Shown in pieces: positions 37,559 through 50,077 of a DNA stretch of 50,077 nucleotides. The stretch covers positions 7,520 through 57,596 of the forward strand of contig PS015397.1 of NCBI GenBank assembly GCA_048213135.1, read 5' to 3'. A program made the position numbers and the translations under genes. Source of the stretch: Reclinomonas americana ATCC 50394. Its lineage: Eukaryota. Positions within the stretch are counted from its first letter, which is position 1, and each line of letters begins with the position of its first letter. A model generated the notes under the pieces. The model had not been told where the DNA came from. It saw nothing but the letters and a program-made list of their open reading frames with translations, and ran no database searches.

Positions 37559-39485
37559 CTGCAAGCAGAATTGGCAGTGGGAGACGAGACAACAGCACAG
37601 CAATCGTCTTGCCTCTCCTTGTGATCCACAACATGAGACAAGTGTGACTACGGGAGTATTGCACGGGATCACCTTAGTATTCAGAGTTTATCATCTTGCC
37701 CGGCAGACATCTCTATCTTTCTTTCGAAGACAGGCTGATCTCGTGCAGGGATCTTTCTCTTTCATTTTCTTCTCCTTCTTGCTCAGCAGTCATGTCTCTC
37801 TTTCGAGCACAGGCCGATCTCATGCGTCGTTCTCTCTTTCTCTTTCGCTCATCAATCCTTCTCGTCCAGCTTGCCTGGCAGTTATCTCGCGCGTCGACTC
37901 TGTCTTCTTTATTTCTTAAATCTCTCTGGCTCGAACCTGTCGTGAGAGAGAAAGGGAAAGATCCCTGCAAAAGATCAGCCTGTCCTCGCGATCGTAAGAG
38001 AGAGATGGCTACCGGGCACGATGGAGAAGAAGGAAGTGTGCGAGAGAGAGAGAGAGAGAGAGATCGCTGCACGGTATCAGCCAGTCCTCGAGAAAGAGAT
38101 GACTTGCTGAGCAAGATAGAAAGGTGCGTGTGAGAGAGAGAACACTGCACGAGATATGCGTGTCTTCGTAAGAGAGAGATGGCTGCCGGGCACGATGGAG
38201 AAGAAGAAAGTGTGCGAGACAGATAAATCACTGCACGAGATCAGCATGTCCTCGAAAGAGGGAGAGAGAAACGTCTGCGGGGCAATTCAGAGAAGAACGG
38301 GAGAGAAAGATCCCTGCACGATATCAACCTGTCCTTGGAAAAAGATACATGACTGCTGAGCAAGATGGAGAAGAACGCGAGGGAGAATGAAAGAACGACG
38401 CACGAGATAAGCCTGTCCTCGAAAGATATTATTGCTACACCAATAGAAGGTGTCCATTCATCCCCCCTCCNNNNNNNNNNNNNNNNNNNNNNNNNNNNNN
38501 NNNNNNNNNNNNNNNNNNNNNNNNNNNNNNNNNNNNNNNNNNNNNNNNNNNNNNNNNNNNNNNNNNNNNNNNNNNNNNNNNNNNNNNNNNNNNNNNNNNN
38601 NNNNNNNNNNNNNNNNNNNNNNNNNNNNNNNNNNNNNNNNNNNNNNNNNNNNNNNNNNNNNNNNNNNNNNNNNNNNNNNNNNNNNNNNNNNNNNNNNNNN
38701 NNNNNNNNNNNNNNNNNNNNNNNNNNNNNNNNNNNNNNNNNNNNNNNNNNNNNNNNNNNNNNNNNNNNNNNNNNNNNNNNNNNNNNNNNNNNNNNNNNNN
38801 NNNNNNNNNNNNNNNNNNNNNNNNNNNNNNNNNNNNNNNNNNNNNNNNNNNNNNNNNNNNNNNNNNNNNNNNNNNNNNNNNNNNNNNNNNNNNNNNNNNN
38901 NNNNNNNNNNNNNNNNNNNNNNNNNNNNNNNNNNNNNNNNNNNNNNNNNNNNNNNNNNNNNNNNNNNNNNNNNNNNNNNNNNNNNNNNNNNNNNNNNNNN
39001 NNNNNNNNNNNNNNNNNNNNNNNNNNNNNNNNNNNNNNNNNNNNNNNNNNNNNNNNNNNNNNNNNNNNNNNNNNNNNNNNNNNNNNNNNNNNNNNNNNNN
39101 NNNNNNNNNNNNNNNNNNNNNNNNNNNNNNNNNNNNNNNNNNNNNNNNNNNNNNNNNNNNNNNNNNNNNNCCGCAGCCGAGTGGCGCGCCCATCTGCGCT
39201 TGCGACCGCAATTCACCCCGTCACCACCGTGGCCAGGGCGCACGGACCGCATTGGACCGTTCTTGGAGTCGGTGGCCACGTCGTGGAATGTTGTGTGCTT
39301 CTGTATATGTGGTGCGAGACACAGCGCAAGCTCACCTCCCCCCGCAGGGTCGACGGATCGATCACGTGCTGGCGTCGGAGAACTGGAAGTATCCGGTGGT
39401 GCTGGCCGACACGTTTGGCGAGCAGACGGAGGCGCAGAGGTGGAGCGATCATTTGCCAGTGGTAGTGGACTTCGCGCTGCAATGA
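36157..39485 (+). CDS. Exonuclease-endonuclease-phosphatase (EEP) family protein (start uncertain, gap inside)
   Basis: Motifs PDIIALQEV, FGNALLAR, TTHLDH, VVGDLN (36708-37263), RIDHVL and SDHLPVVVDF (39348-39485). Confidence 0.85.
37695..38430. repeat. Intronic foldback-like element: internally repetitive units in inverted orientation
   Basis: CTTTCGAAGACAGGCTGATCTCGTGCAGGGATCTTTCTCT (37721-37760) is the reverse complement of the AGAAAGATCCCTGCACGAGATCAGCCTGTCCTCGAAAG-type units near 37955, 38060, 38230, 38302 and 38400. Confidence 0.65.
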
Positions 39486-40011
39486 ATACTTTGGAGAAGG
39501 TTGAGGGCAATTATGTGCGGGTGGAAAGGTGTTCAGAAACGAGGGGGAGATAGGGATGAAGGTGAAAGGGAAGGACATAGAGGGGAGATGAGAGAAGAAG
39601 AAAGGGATGGAGGTGATAGAGGGGAGAAGAGAGAAGGGGAAGAGCTATGGAGGTGAAAGAGAAGGAAGGGAAAGAGGGGTTAAGTGTGAAAAGTAGAAGA
39701 AGAGAGGGAAAAGAGTGTCGCTCACGTACAGCACAGTCGCACGTTAACACTGTGAACACACCAATGGCAGAATGCCCAACAAGCGCTCCAAGAACCCGCA
39801 TTGCAGCACTCGAAGCAAATCAGTGCAGCGACAGCAACAACTCGGCTCAATGAATTCACAAGACTGCATGCACATGTCTCAACCCTTTCTCAGCCTTCCT
39901 TCCTCTCATCCTCCACGTTCCCTTTCCCCTTTGCCCCCTATTCTGCCCCTTCTCCAACAATGTAATTCATTCGCTCTTATTGGTCCCACCCCTTTCCCTC
40001 CTCCATTCTTC

Positions 40012-40195
40012 TCACGCCCTGACCATATCCGGCTGCAGCTGCGCAATCGACTTGTCCGACGTCTCCGCCTCCCGCACCAGCACAAAGGCGCCCACAAGCG
40101 CGCCAAGTTGCGTTTGCTCGTGACAGCCGGCAGAGAGTTGGAACCTGCCATTTTTGTGAGTGAATCGGCGACTACCTCTTGCTTCTCTCTTTCTC

Positions 40196-40263
<68 letters not shown>

Positions 40264-42531
40264 TCCTTCTGTCGTATTACCTTTTTCTCTCTGTTTCTTT
40301 CTTTCTCTCTCTCTCTTTCTTTCTTTCTTTCTCTCTATCTCTCTCTTCTCCTTTCTTTCTTTCTCTTCTTTCTTTCTTTCTTTCTCTCTCTCTCTTTCAT
40401 TCTTTGTTTCTTTCTTTCCTTCTTTCTCTGTCTCTTTCTCTCTCCTGCATTCTTCTTTCTTTCTTTCCTTCTTTGTTTCTCTCCGTCTTTCTTTCCTTCC
40501 TTCTCAGGCTCATTCTTTCTTTCTTTATCTTATTTCTTTCTTTTTCTCTCTTTCCTTTTTTCCTTCTTTCTCTCTCTCTCTTTCTTTCTTTCATTCTTTC
40601 TCTCTTTCTCTCTTTTTCTTTCTTTCTCTGTCTCTCTTCTCTCTTTCTCTCTTTCTTTCTTTCTTCTTTCCTCCTTTCTCTCTTTCCTTCTTCCTTTCTT
40701 CTTTCTTTCTCTCTCCTCTCTCTCTCCCCGTCTCTCTCTGTGTCTCCCTCTCTTTCCCCATCTCTCTCTCCCTCCTTGCACCACGCAACTCAATGTCAGC
40801 CAGCGTCTCCAGCAAGTACGCCCGCGTGTCCTCGCCGACATCGAGCTTCACCACATACGCAAAGAGGAAGCGGATAATGTCCACCAGGGAGTGGCCGCGG
40901 ACGGTCATCACACCGGAGATGTCTGTTGAAGGGGCAGGGGGCGTGGGGAGAAGAGAAAATCAGTGATTGAAAGCGTAAATGTAGAAGAAGAAGAAGAAGA
41001 AGAAGAGAGAGAGAAATTCGGTGACGGGGAACCAGTGGGAGAAAGAAACATCAAAGAATATTCACTGTGAGCATGACTCTCAGCAGTCTTTTCTCTCTTC
41101 TCCTGCCAGCCTATCACCATTCCTTCTCTTACCACCATCTCTCTCTCCTCCCCACCCCTCTCCTCTCAGTCCCCCACTTCCAATTGCCCATCTACCTCCT
41201 CCCTTGCCCTACTCTCCTCGTTCTTCTTATCCCCTTCACACTTTCTCTCTACCTCCCATACCATTCCCACACTCTTTCTTCTCCGCCGCCATTCTCTTCC
41301 CCTCCTCCTACCCCTGCTCCTCCTTCTACCCTTACCCCTCTCTCCTTTCTTCCCCCTTCCTTCCCCTTTCGCTTCCCGACCTCTCCTCTCATAATCACCC
41401 ACTCTGTCCTGCTTAAATCTTTGCACTCTTCTCTTCCTCCTTCACCTTCTTTTCACTCTCCTCCGGCATAGCTCTCTCAACTTCTCCCCACTCTTCTTCA
41501 CCCCTTCCCCCTTCACCCCTTTACCCCCTTCCCCCTCCTTCCCCCTTCCCCCCCCCCTTCCCCTTTCCCCCTTCCCCCTTTACCCCCTTCCTTCCCCTAT
41601 CTTCCCTCTTGAAGCAACTCTTGTAGCACGCCGAAAACGGCTCATCACACAACCACTGCATGATCTGCTTGACCTCGCTGGGCGTCGGATTGCCGGTGTT
41701 GATGTACACCTCGTCGACATCGATCCTGTCGTGCGCCATGCTCGTGCTCTGCAACACGTTGAGACACTTGCGCATGTCGCCGTTGGCCAGGCGGATAATG
41801 GCGGTGAGGGCTCGGTCGGTGACCGTGACGCTGGGAAGAGGGGGAAAGGAGGTGAGGCGGGTGAAGAAGAGCTGTTTGACATAGATGAACACGCCGCACT
41901 TTTCCGTCGTGGCAATCTCGCGCAATCGCGGCATGATTTGTTGCATGCGAAGGGGGGCGAAGCGGAAGCGCGTGCAGCGCGACTGCAGCGCCGGAATGAT
42001 CTTGTTGACGTTGTTGCAGATGAGGCAGAAGCGGGCGTTGCGAGTGTACTTTTCCATGACTGCGGTGGAGGGAGTGGGGTGAATGACGGGAAAAGGTGGG
42101 GAGGCGCAGAGGAGCGAGCCCACCTCTTCTCAGCGCACTCTGCGCCTCGTTGGTGAGCTGGTCGGCTTCGTCTAGAATGATGAGTTTGAGGGCAGCACTG
42201 CGTGACACGCTGGCAGTGAGCGGGAGCATGGAATACGAAAAGCAGCAGTGAGGCTGCGCACCTGAACACTTGTCGCGTGGAGGCGAAATTCTTGATTTGG
42301 TCGCGCACAATGCCGATGCCTCGGTCGTCGGAGGCGTTGAGCTGCGAAAGTGGTGTAAGCAGCGGGAGAGAGTGAAACAGAGGAGGTGCTCACTTACCTC
42401 CAGCACAAACTTCTGCAGTCCATCGCCGTAGAGGCGCCTTGCGCAGGCCAGAATCGTCGTTGTCTTGCCTGTTCCAGGTGGTCCGTAGAACAGCAGGTGG
42501 GGTAGCTTGCCTTGGTCGAGGAAGCGAGTGA
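40012..42531 (-). CDS. RFC5: Replication factor C small subunit (RFC5 / yeast Rfc3 type); 5' end in gap
   Basis: [83 protein letters not shown]; terminal exon [20 protein letters not shown]. Confidence 0.92.
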
Positions 42532-44692
42532 CTGGCGAGGGGGGAGGAGGAGGGGGGAAGGGGAAGGGAGGGGGGAAGGGGGGAGGGAGGAAGTGAGAAG
42601 GGGGAGGTGAGAGGGGGAGAGCGAGTGGGGGAGCGAGTGACTGGCGAGGGGGTGGGAAGGGGAAGGGGGAGAAGGGGAAGGAGAATGTGAGAAGGGGGAA
42701 GTGGGAAGGGGGAAGTGGGGAAGGGGGCAGAGCGAAGTGGGAAGGGTGGAGCATAGAGGGGGAGCGAGAGGGGGAGCAAAGAGAGGGGAGCGAGAGGGGG
42801 AGAGCGAGAGGGGAGAGCGAGAGGGGAGAGACGTAGAGGGGAGAAGACGACGAGGGACACGTCGAGAGGGACTACGTTCGACAGGTACTANNNNNNNNNN
42901 NNNNNNNNNNNNNNNNNNNNNNNNNNNNNNNNNNNNNNNNNNNNNNNNNNNNNNNNNNNNNNNNNNNNNNNNNNNNNNNNNNNNNNNNNNNNNNNNNNNN
43001 NNNNNNNNNNNNNNNNNNNNNNNNNNNNNNNNNNNNNNNNNNNNNNNNNNNNNNNNNNNNNNNNNNNNNNNNNNNNNNNNNNNNNNNNNNNNNNNNNNNN
43101 NNNNNNNNNNNNNNNNNNNNNNNNNNNNNNNNNNNNNNNNNNNNNNNNNNNNNNNNNNNNNNNNNNNNNNNNNNNNNNNNNNNNNNNNNNNNNNNNNNNN
43201 NNNNNNNNNNNNNNNNNNNNNNNNNNNNNNNNNNNNNNNNNNNNNNNNNNNNNNNNNNNNNNNNNNNNNNNNNNNNNNNNNNNNNNNNNNNNNNNNNNNN
43301 NNNNNNNNNNNNNNNNNNNNNNNNNNNNNNNNNNNNNNNNNNNNNNNNNNNNNNNNNNNNNNNNNNNNNNNNNNNNNNNNNNNNNNNNNNNNNNNNNNNN
43401 NNNNNNNNNNNNNNNNNNNNNNNNNNNNNNNNNNNNNNNNNNNNNNNNNNNNNNNNNNNNNNNNNNNNNNNNNNNNNNNNNNNNNNNNNNNNNNNNNNNN
43501 NNNNNNNNNNNNNNNNNNNNNNNNNNNNNNNNNNNNNNNNNNNNNNNNNNNNNNNNNNNNNNNNNNNNNNNNNNNNNNNNNNNNNNNNNNNNNNNNNNNN
43601 NNNNNNNNNNNNNNNNNNNNNNNNNNNNNNNNNNNNNNNNNNNNNNNNNNNNNNNNNNNNNNNNNNNNNNNNNNNNNNNNNNNNNNNNNNNNNNNNNNNN
43701 NNNNNNNNNNNNNNNNNNNNNNNNNNNNNNNNNNNNNNNNNNNNNNNNNNNNNNNNNNNNNNNNNNNNNNNNNNNNNNNNNNNNNNNNNNNNNNNNNNNN
43801 NNNNNNNNNNNNNNNNNNNNNNNNNNNNNNNNNNNNNNNNNNNNNNNNNNNAAGTGGGAAGGGGGAAGTGGGAAGGGTGGAGCGAGAGGGGGGAGCGAGA
43901 GGGGGAGCGAGAGGGGGAGCGAGAGGGGGGGAGCGAGAGGGGGAGAGCGAGAGGGGGAGGGGGAGAGCGAGTGCGAGCGGAAGGCAAAGAAAATCATGCT
44001 TGTCCACATCCTCATATCACTTTCGTCTCTCTCACAGCCTCTTTCACTCTTTCACACACAAACATGCACGCACACACAATCACTCTTCGTATAATTCTCT
44101 TTTCTCCCTTTAACTTCTCCAGTTGATGTCTTCGTTGCTTCGTTCGCTCAGTCTGCTCTCCTTCCTCTTTATGACTTCCTTCATCTCTTTCATCTCGCCA
44201 GCGTTTGCGCAACTTGTCGAGATGATATCCGTTTGCGACACAACGTCTGCACCAGAAACAATCGAGTGAGAAGTCGACCGCAGGCACCGTGAAACTCAAG
44301 CAAACGCACCGTCAAGCGCCGAAGGCCGATACTTTTCCACCCAAGGCATTCCGTGACTGTTGAAAAGAGAGGGAGTGAGTAAGCAGGAGTCGGAAGGTGG
44401 AGAGAAGAAGGAAATGAAAGAGAGGAACGCAAGGCAGAGGAGTTTGAGAGGGAGAGAGACACAACACAGAGGCATGGCAAGAGAAACGATACATGTGCGA
44501 GTACAGAAGCGGCAGACAAACAGGAGACAACTAGATTGTGTGCGGCACGGATAGAGAGAGGGCGCGAGTGGGAGGCAGAAGGGCAGAAGGGCAGAATGGA
44601 GAGGAGGAAAGCGAGAGGAGAAACCGGCAGAAAGCGCGAAAGGGAGGGGTACAACTCAAAAAACACGGACAGGAGAAGACAAGTGGATTGCA

Positions 44693-44739
<47 letters not shown>

Positions 44740-44869
44740 GGAGGGGAGGGAGGAGGAGGAGGAGGANNNNNNNNNNNNNNNNNNNNCACACACAAAGACA
44801 AACACAAAGAGAAGAGCGCGTTGAGAGAGGCAAACCCTTTTCCCGCCATGCTCGCCTTTTGTTTGTCCG

Positions 44870-45135
44870 TGTTTGTCTGTCGGTTTCTTGGCGGACTTTT
44901 CTCTCTGCGTGTTAGTGATGGGGAGTCAGAAGCGAGGCAGTACGCGTGGGAGAATGAGTTCGGCGACGAGCAACAAGGAAGCATCGTCCTTTGCAACTGT
45001 GTGTCTGTCGGTTTCTTGCAATTGGCGGATTTCTTTGGGTGAGTGATTGGGAGTCAGAAGCGAGGCATTACGCGAGGGAGAAGGACGCACAGTGCTCGAC
45101 GACGAGCAGCAAGGAAGCATCGTCCTTTGCAAGTG
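44870..45135. repeat. Two-copy about 130-bp direct repeat upstream of the hypothetical gene
   Basis: GTCTGTCGGTTTCTTG..GGGAGTCAGAAGCGAGGCA.TACGCG.GGGAGAA..CGACGAGCA.CAAGGAAGCATCGTCCTTTGCAA occurs twice. Confidence 0.8.
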
Positions 45136-45470
45136 TACATTTCTTTGGGTTTGGGAGTTGTCGTCCATCATCATCTGAGCTCCAGCTTCCCCTGATCCAT
45201 GTTCTTCTCTCCAGAAGAGGTCCGAAAACAAAGAGACATACATGTGTTGCTCGTGGAGAACAATCGCAGTTAACGATGATGCACCCAAGGTTGCCCAGTT
45301 CTCTGACACTCCTCTTCTTCCCCACCACACTCCTCCTTCTCTCTTCACATCACGACTTGTCACCTTTTCATCTTGCTGTTCGGATCAACGAATCTTCATT
45401 TTCTCTCTTCGTTTCTTGCATCACGCAGTGCGCGTGTGTGTGCGAGATACAACAACAAAGACACACACGA

Positions 45471-48400
45471 ATGGCCTCTCGCCGTCCACCTCCACGCCCT
45501 CACTCAACAACAACAACTACTCCTTCGCTGCCAATGTCTGCCTCTTCTCTGTGTGACGACGACGAGAAAGCAGACATGATGCTCATCGATAGCAAGCAGC
45601 ATGTGACGACGACAATGACGATGATGCATTCCTCCTTTTCCTCAATCAACATCATTGATGAGGATGAGAAGAAGAAGAAGAGCGCATCGGGGTCGTCTGC
45701 TCGTCGTGGTGTGCCTGCGATGGCGAGGCGACGAGTGCCTGTCTCTTCTTCTTCCTCTCCTTCNNNNNNNNNNNNNNNNNNNNTCTTTCCTTTCTTCTTC
45801 TTCTTCCTCTTCCTCTTCCTCCTCCTTCTTCTCATCGTGGATTGCCGTCGTTTCATTCCCCGTTGCAGAGCCAACTGGCTTCTTGAAATACAAGAAGATG
45901 AAGAAGCACACCGACGAGGGCACAGCCGCCATTGCCGCTGCGCGAAGTGACGCGGAGAATCGCACTGAGCAGGGTGCGTCTCTCTCTCTCTCATTTGCTC
46001 TGGCAGTGTGGTGTACTCGCGTCACGTGATGTCTCACCTGGGTGGACACAGCTGCTCACGAGGAGCACATGGATCACACTGGGATGGAAGGCATCGTCGA
46101 GGTACAGTGATTGTGTTCCATCCCAAGATGAGCATGCCTCTCACTGGCCTTCTCTTTCTTTGGCTTGATTGCACAGCAGCATGCGATGAGGCAGCGAGTC
46201 GACTCGTCTCTGGTGGATAACTGTGGGGACTTGCCTGCGCGTTATGCAGTTGAAGCATTGGTCCGCAAGCGTTCTTCGGAGGTGAGCTCCGATAAGACAC
46301 GCGTCTCAACTTGCCTCTCGCTTGTGCATCGCAGTTGACACCTGATGTTTCTCTTCGTTCTCCACAGGTGGATGCACCCAGCGACGATGAGCTTGTACCG
46401 CCAAAGAAGAAGAGAAAGAAGAGGGTTTGTTAACTTTCGCTGACATTATTGTGCTTGTTCGTCAACCTGCATTCGGTTCAATTGTGCTAATTGATGCATG
46501 TTGTGGATCCACAGCGTGGCAAGACTAGGGCAGTGCAAGTGCCGTGGCAGTTGAGTCCGGAGGACGAGCTGATGTTGGGGAAGCTGCTCGTTGAGTGTGC
46601 ATATCACAAGATTTCACCACACATAGTCTGACTCATGAATGTGCATAGCTATGCAACAAAAAGAAGATGCTGGTAATGGCGTTTGGCCTGATGGCTCCCA
46701 TCGTTCTCCCGTCCACGGTCGTCCACCATCAGCGCGTTCTTTGCAAGCTTGCCTGTGTGGATTGCGGAATTCCGTCATCTGGAGTGGGCTCTCCTTCGTC
46801 TGCGGTGACATGCTCATTTGGCAAGAGCCTTAGCCACGTAGTCAAAAAGACACGTCGCGACACTCCCAGGTCAGTTGCAGGAGTGATGCAGAACATGAAA
46901 AAGTTCATTGAGGTACGCATTCTATGTCGTTCTTGTCGTGCAATTTGATTCGTAAACTGTTGTGCCGTGCAGAAGAGTGAACTGCACGGCACTGCGCTCG
47001 TCGATGCAATTGAGAGACCATTAATTGTGGTGGATGAACGCGGCTACTCAGAGGTGCGCATTGTTGTGCGTCGGCTAAGTCATCTTGCGTGGAGTTCGTT
47101 TACGCGTTTCTCGCAGGAATCGTGGTCTATGGTGCCCGCTTCGCGCAACAGAAACAACCCTCTCATCCCGTTTGCTGCTCGAGCCATGGTGGCTTTGCGT
47201 AACAGTCGTGACTTGCGGGCTTCCTTGATTCGTGACGGCAGCTACTTAGTTGTGGCAGGTGAACCGGCCCAGCCGGTTCCAAACCTGGGTGGTGGAGGTT
47301 TGGAAGCGTTTGTTGTGATCTTTGTGCATGCTCTTTGCTGATAAGTATCGTGCAGCTTTCGTGAGCGCAAAGGTGGCAAGGAAAGGAAATGCGAAGAGGA
47401 CGGCAGATTGTGAAGACCCTTGTAAACATGCCAATGTCTGTGCCAGCGAAGCTGATGACGTGAGCAAGGTTTGCCTCGTGGTTGTGCGGCGCCTTCACAT
47501 TGTTTCGACTGCCTGACTATGCAACATGATGCTTGCATAGCGACACGAGTGTCGTCCTGCATCGCTGAGCAAAGACGAGCAACTGGTGTTGACAATTTTG
47601 CTCGTTGCGTGTGGAACGAGTCTGTCGGAGTCATGAAAGAGACTGTTGCATTCATTGAGTCTGCAGAGTTGCAACAAGATGAGGATTCTGATGAAGGCGT
47701 TTGGCCTCAGGTCACCCTTGGTGATGTCTTCCTCGGTGTTGCATCATCAGAGTGTTCTCGTTGGGCTTGCCTGTGCCGAGTGTGACTTGCCGTTGAACGG
47801 ACCTGGCTGTCCTTCATCCACAGTTGTTTCTGCTTTTAGTAAGAGTCTAGCAAAGTTTGCTAGTAATGCGCGCCGCGCGACGCCCAAGTCTGTGGAGGGT
47901 GTGCTTGAGAGCATCTGCAACTTCATCGAGGTGAGCGTGCTGTATTTCATTCGGTAGTGTTGTGCCTTGTAACTTATCTTATTTCTATGTGTGTGGATTC
48001 AACAGACGAGCGGACTGCGAGGAGCTGCGCTGGTAGATGCTGCTGAGAGACCACTGATTGTGATCGACGATCGTGGTTACTCTGAGGCAAGTTACCAGCG
48101 GTTGTGTGCGCGTTTGAGAAATCGATGTCGTTGACTCACTCGGCTGTCTTTCGACTGGCAGGAAATCGTGAGATCGACGAAGAAGAATGACACTTCGAAT
48201 GCCCTTCTGCCATTTGTCACACAGGCCATGCATGTGCTCCACAACTACCCTGGCCTGCTGGCCACTCTACTTCGAAACGGTTGCCTTTCGAAGGCGGATA
48301 TATCACGTGCCGGTGAGTTTTCCAAATGCAATACTCTGAGAGCACCTGCATTATTGCATGTTGTGCCATTTTCCGATCTGACGAGCATGATGCAGTGCTG

Positions 48401-48490
48401 GGTGACGAGAAGCCGGTGAAGATGGAGGTGGTAAAGAAAGAGGAGGACGAGGAGGGCGAGGAGGAGGAGGAGGAGGACGAGGATATGTAG
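45471..48490 (+). CDS. Hypothetical multi-exon protein, probably nuclear: low-complexity N-terminus, PPKKKRKKR NLS-like motif, two copies of an unrecognised domain, acidic tail
   Basis: Series of short GT-AG exons; internal repeat LCNKKKMLVMAFGL..LACVDCGIP..FIE|KSELHGTALVDAIERPLIVVDERGYSE versus SCNKMRILMKAFGL..LACAECDLP..FIE|TSGLRGAALVDAAERPLIVIDDRGYSE; ends EEEEEEDEDM*. Confidence 0.6.
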
Positions 48491-49693
48491 AGCAAGAAAT
48501 TCAGAGTGGTGGTGATGGAGAAGGAGCTTGAAGTGGAGAGCAAGACATTGCTGTTGATGGACTGTGGCATGCCTGCACCGGTGAGTGGAATGAGGGGCAG
48601 CAGAAGGGATGAGGGAGAGAAAGGGGAAGAGGTTTCACTGGGCAGGCAACACATGCATGTTGCTTGTGAGATATTGATGGAGCTTGTCGGGGAAGAAGAA
48701 GCAAAAGAAAAAGAATCACAGTGCACCAAGAGGGCTTAATTGAGAAGTTGCCTTGTGTTGTGCGGGATGGACTCTGCATGAGAGTCTTGTCTTCATACTG
48801 CTGACTGCTGTTGTTGTTGTGGCAGGAGGGGCAGCTAGACGAGTGAAAAATGGTTGGAAATTGGGGCCATCATGGTATTGTGGGTGTAGCCGCCCCGTGG
48901 CATCCAGTCGCTTGCGTGCGTGTTGCTCACTCTCAGCGACAACAAACACGAGAATGGCTGTCTTGTTGACCATGTCCAGCCAGATTGGTAACCAACGACA
49001 CGTGCTTCTTCTTGTGTTCATGGCAGCGGCAGAGCAGCACATCGTTGGTGTATGATGGCCCACCAGCAGCTGCGGGGACGGGAGAACCCTTTGCGAGATT
49101 GTGCAGATGACTCGTGTTCATGGTGGTTCGAATTTGAAGGAGAAGGAGGTGCTGCTTTGTTGGGTCTGTGGATACTCATGCATCTGCACTCGACGCCATC
49201 TCAACGGGCGCTCTTGGAATTCCGTTTCGATGACGAGCAGGATTGTGGTGTTCAGCTGCATCGCCGAGATCGAGACCTTCTCATTGTGTCTGTCTGAGGC
49301 TCTTCCTCGGTGCCCATCGAAGTGATGCTGCCCAGATGCAGCTGCTCACGTGCGCTGTTGTACTCTGCGTAGAGTTGTTGTCCATCATCATCTCAGCTTC
49401 AGCTTCCCCTGATCCATGTTCTCTCCTCCGGAAGTGGTCCGAAAACAAAGGGACATGCATGTGCTGATTGTGGTGAACAATCGCAGTTGACGATGCACCC
49501 AAGGTTGCCCAGTTCTCTGACACTCCTCTTCGTCCCCACCACACTCCTCCTCCTCACCTTCCACATCACAACTTGTCACCTTTTCATCTTGCTGTTCGGA
49601 TCAACGAATCTTCATTACCTCTTTTCTCTCTATCTCTTCTTCTTGCATCACGCAGTGCGCGTGTGCGAGAAACAACAACCAAGACACACACAA

Positions 49694-50027
49694 ATGGCCT
49701 CTCGACCTCCTCCTTCACGCCCTCACTCAACAACAACAACAACTCCTTTGCTGTCAATGTCTGCCTCTTCTCCGTGCGACGACGAGAAAGCAGACATGAT
49801 GCTCATCGACAGCAAGCAGCATGTGACGACGATGATGACGATGATGCATTCCTCCTCTCCCTCCGTCAACATCAACGAGGATGATGCGGAGAAGAAGAAG
49901 AGCACATCGGCGTCGTCTGCTCATCGTGGTGTGCCTGCGATGGCGAGGCGACGAGTGCCTTTCTCCTCTTCTTCTTCCTCTTCTTCTTCCACCGCTGTCA
50001 CCACCACCAGTGTGACTGCCAAGAAAG

Positions 50028-50028
<1 letters not shown>
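49694..50028 (+). CDS. First exon of a tandem paralog of the 45471 gene (continues beyond window)
   Basis: MASRPPPSRPHSTTTTT..CDDEKADMMLIDSKQHVTT..RGVPAMARRRVP, nearly identical to 45471-45745; upstream DNA is also duplicated. Confidence 0.7.
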
Positions 50029-50059
<31 letters not shown>

Positions 50060-50077
50060 ATCTTCATCTCTCTCCTC

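Noticed and set aside
36708-39485. EEP domain as a LINE retrotransposon endonuclease
   Set aside because: Intron-containing, stops right after SDHLPV, and no reverse transcriptase follows.
39772-40966. Phe/Leu/Ser-rich ORFs resembling membrane proteins
   Set aside because: Translation of (CTTT)n/(CT)n repeats in an RFC5 intron.
48506-49325. Short ORFs after the stop at 48490
   Set aside because: No recognisable motifs or consistent splice model.

Overview
Intron-rich, microsatellite-rich eukaryotic genomic DNA with many N gaps. RABL2 suggests a flagellated lineage; the organism cannot be named from sequence. Housekeeping-type genes (RABL2, an Elongin A-like gene, an EEP-family nuclease/phosphatase, RFC5) are interleaved with an expanded modular family. 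Family members share a front end: a 5-nt ATGAG coding start exon, one ankyrin-repeat exon, a 14-nt microexon and a coiled-coil exon. This front end is joined to three outputs: an IRAK/Pelle/RLK-type kinase (two genes plus a fragment), a DZIP3-like HEPN RNase domain (intact RHxxxH motif) followed by a TKL-like kinase (two genes), or no catalytic domain (one double-ankyrin gene). Ankyrin scaffolds are conserved while the ligand-facing positions differ among copies. The best hypothesis (inference) is an undescribed cytosolic innate-immune receptor repertoire that includes an RNase L-like ANK/HEPN/kinase effector. Many introns use unusual GTTGCG-type 5' splice sites. All exon models were built by hand from reading frame, GT-AG sites and paralog comparison, and need RNA-seq confirmation.
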